Shown here piece by piece: positions 12,774 through 13,962 of a DNA stretch of 13,962 nt. The notes beneath the pieces were generated by a model. The model saw only the letters and a list, made by a program, of their open reading frames with translations, was not told where the DNA came from and ran no database searches. Origin of the DNA: a candidate division WOR-3 bacterium (lineage in GTDB: Bacteria > Hydrothermota > Tepidihabitantia > Tepidihabitantales > Tepidihabitantaceae). Where the stretch lies: positions 9,972 to 23,933 of the forward strand of contig JBBISL010000024.1 of the NCBI GenBank assembly GCA_037441285.1. Direction: 5' to 3'. Position 1 is the first letter of the stretch, and each line of letters opens with the position of its first letter. Position numbers and translations under genes: made by a program.

Positions 12774-13850
12774 ATGAGTATGTCGGATGTAAATGTGGCG
12801 GTAAGCGAAGGTCCGGTTGATATCAATCGGGTGCAGCGCTATATGGCGGTAGCGGCGGTTGAGGGCAACAGAATTGTCGGCAGGATTTATGAGCCGGTGG
12901 CAGAGAACCTTGCCGAGTTAAAGAAGGTTTTTGAAGAACACGGCGCGGTTGCCTACTTTGAGAAGAGGGGTGATGGGCATATTGTAACCTATGGTTATGC
13001 CCCGCCCCGAAAACCGGTGCGCCTCTGGGTCAACATCCTTTTATTACTGGCAACGATTGGCACGACGCTTTTTGTTGGAACTTTGCACGCCGGTAAGGAC
13101 CCGTTTCAGAATCCTTATCATCTGTTGAGCGGCATACCATTTTCCCTGGGTTTGATTTTAATCCTCGGGACGCACGAACTGGCGCACTATCTCACGGCGC
13201 GGCGATTAGGGGTTGACGCCACACCGCCTTATTTTCTACCGGTGCCGCATCCGATGACCGGAACCATGGGCGCATTTATCAAGATTCGTTCGCCGGTGCC
13301 GAGCCGGAGTGCACTGGTCCGGGTTGGGGTTGCTGGACCTCTTGCCGGATTTCTTGTGGCGATTCCGGTGTCAATCGTTGGTATTGCCCTGTCAACGGTA
13401 CGGGAAGTTCCTGCCGGTGCACCGCTTTTGCGGCTGGGCACACCGCTGATATTTGAGTTCATTTCCCGAATTTTTCACGGCGCCTTACCCGCCGGGACTG
13501 ATGTTGTGTTGCACCCACTGGCGTTTGCTGGATGGCTGGGAATGTTTGTTACCGCGCTCAATCTTTTGCCGGTCGGGCAACTTGATGGTGGCCATATCGC
13601 CTATGCGATATTGGGTAAAAAATACCGGCTTTTCAGTTACTTTATCATCGGCGGTCTGTTGCTGATGGGATTTTTCTGGCTGGGCTGGCCCTTCTGGGCG
13701 TTTCTGGCAACGGCACTGGGTTTGAAGCATCCGCCACCGTTAGACGACATTACGCCCCTGAACCGGACCGATATCGTGCTGGCGATTGCCGCCCTGGTGA
13801 TAATGGTGCTTTCATTTACCCCGGCACCGTTCCCGGCCGCGGGATTTTAA
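12774..13850 (+). CDS. Site-2 protease family (M50) intramembrane zinc metalloprotease with soluble N-terminal extension
   Basis: HELAH (HExxH), GTMGAFI, AGPLAG and NLLPVGQLDGGH motifs, with multiple hydrophobic segments. No PDZ or CBS insert is apparent. Confidence 0.92.
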   Translation: MSMSDVNVAVSEGPVDINRVQRYMAVAAVEGNRIVGRIYEPVAENLAELKKVFEEHGAVAYFEKRGDGHIVTYGYAPPRKPVRLWVNILLLLATIGTTLFVGTLHAGKDPFQNPYHLLSGIPFSLGLILILGTHELAHYLTARRLGVDATPPYFLPVPHPMTGTMGAFIKIRSPVPSRSALVRVGVAGPLAGFLVAIPVSIVGIALSTVREVPAGAPLLRLGTPLIFEFISRIFHGALPAGTDVVLHPLAFAGWLGMFVTALNLLPVGQLDGGHIAYAILGKKYRLFSYFIIGGLLLMGFFWLGWPFWAFLATALGLKHPPPLDDITPLNRTDIVLAIAALVIMVLSFTPAPFPAAGF

Positions 13851-13909
13851 CTTCATCGTTGATAAATTTTTCTTAAAAATCTCCTATGTTTCTCTAATTT
13901 GCTTTGGTA

Positions 13910-13939
13910 TTGACAGGCTGGGGGTTGATTGGCTATAAT
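13910..13939 (+). promoter_or_regulatory. Sigma70-type promoter (TTGACA-N18-TATAAT) for a gene beyond the window
   Basis: Perfect -35 at 13910-13915 and perfect -10 at 13934-13939. Candidate starts are GTG 13951 or ATG 13959 at the window edge. Confidence 0.7.
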
Positions 13940-13962
13940 GGGTTGTCAAGGTGAAAATATGC

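Noticed and set aside
13910..13949. TTGACA...TGTCAA inverted pair as an opposing promoter or operator
   Set aside because: The minus-strand TTGACA (13949-13944) has no -10 at a suitable distance, the arms are only 6 bp, and the context is cut by the window edge.

Overview
Bacterial chromosomal window, mostly housekeeping, with no mobile element, CRISPR array, rRNA or tRNA that I can recognise. From left to right it holds: (1) a 5'-truncated large repeat surface protein (five full 103-104-aa CARDB-like repeats plus a partial one, three ~125-aa Ig-like repeats with Dx[DN]x[DN]-type loops, and a FlgD-Ig/T9SS-CTD-like C-terminus); (2) a PorV/PorQ-like beta-barrel fused to two carboxypeptidase-regulatory-like domains; (3) a 28-aa (KKTA)n histone-H1-like micro-ORF, missing from the supplied ORF track, with its own promoter, SD and hairpin directly in front of mfd; (4) a compact mfd overlapping a convergent tsaE; (5) a crt-thiolase operon on the minus strand; (6) a divergent hypD-hypE-M50 site-2 protease unit; (7) a promoter for a gene beyond the window. 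The most interesting items are the lysine-rich micro-ORF/hairpin/mfd unit, the cargo plus PorV-like pair, and the promoter architecture (four of five sigma70-like promoters have 16-bp spacers, two apparently leaderless). An anaerobic FCB-related lineage such as WOR-3 is my inference from gene content and is not verified. All product calls come from motif recognition by eye; no searches were run.
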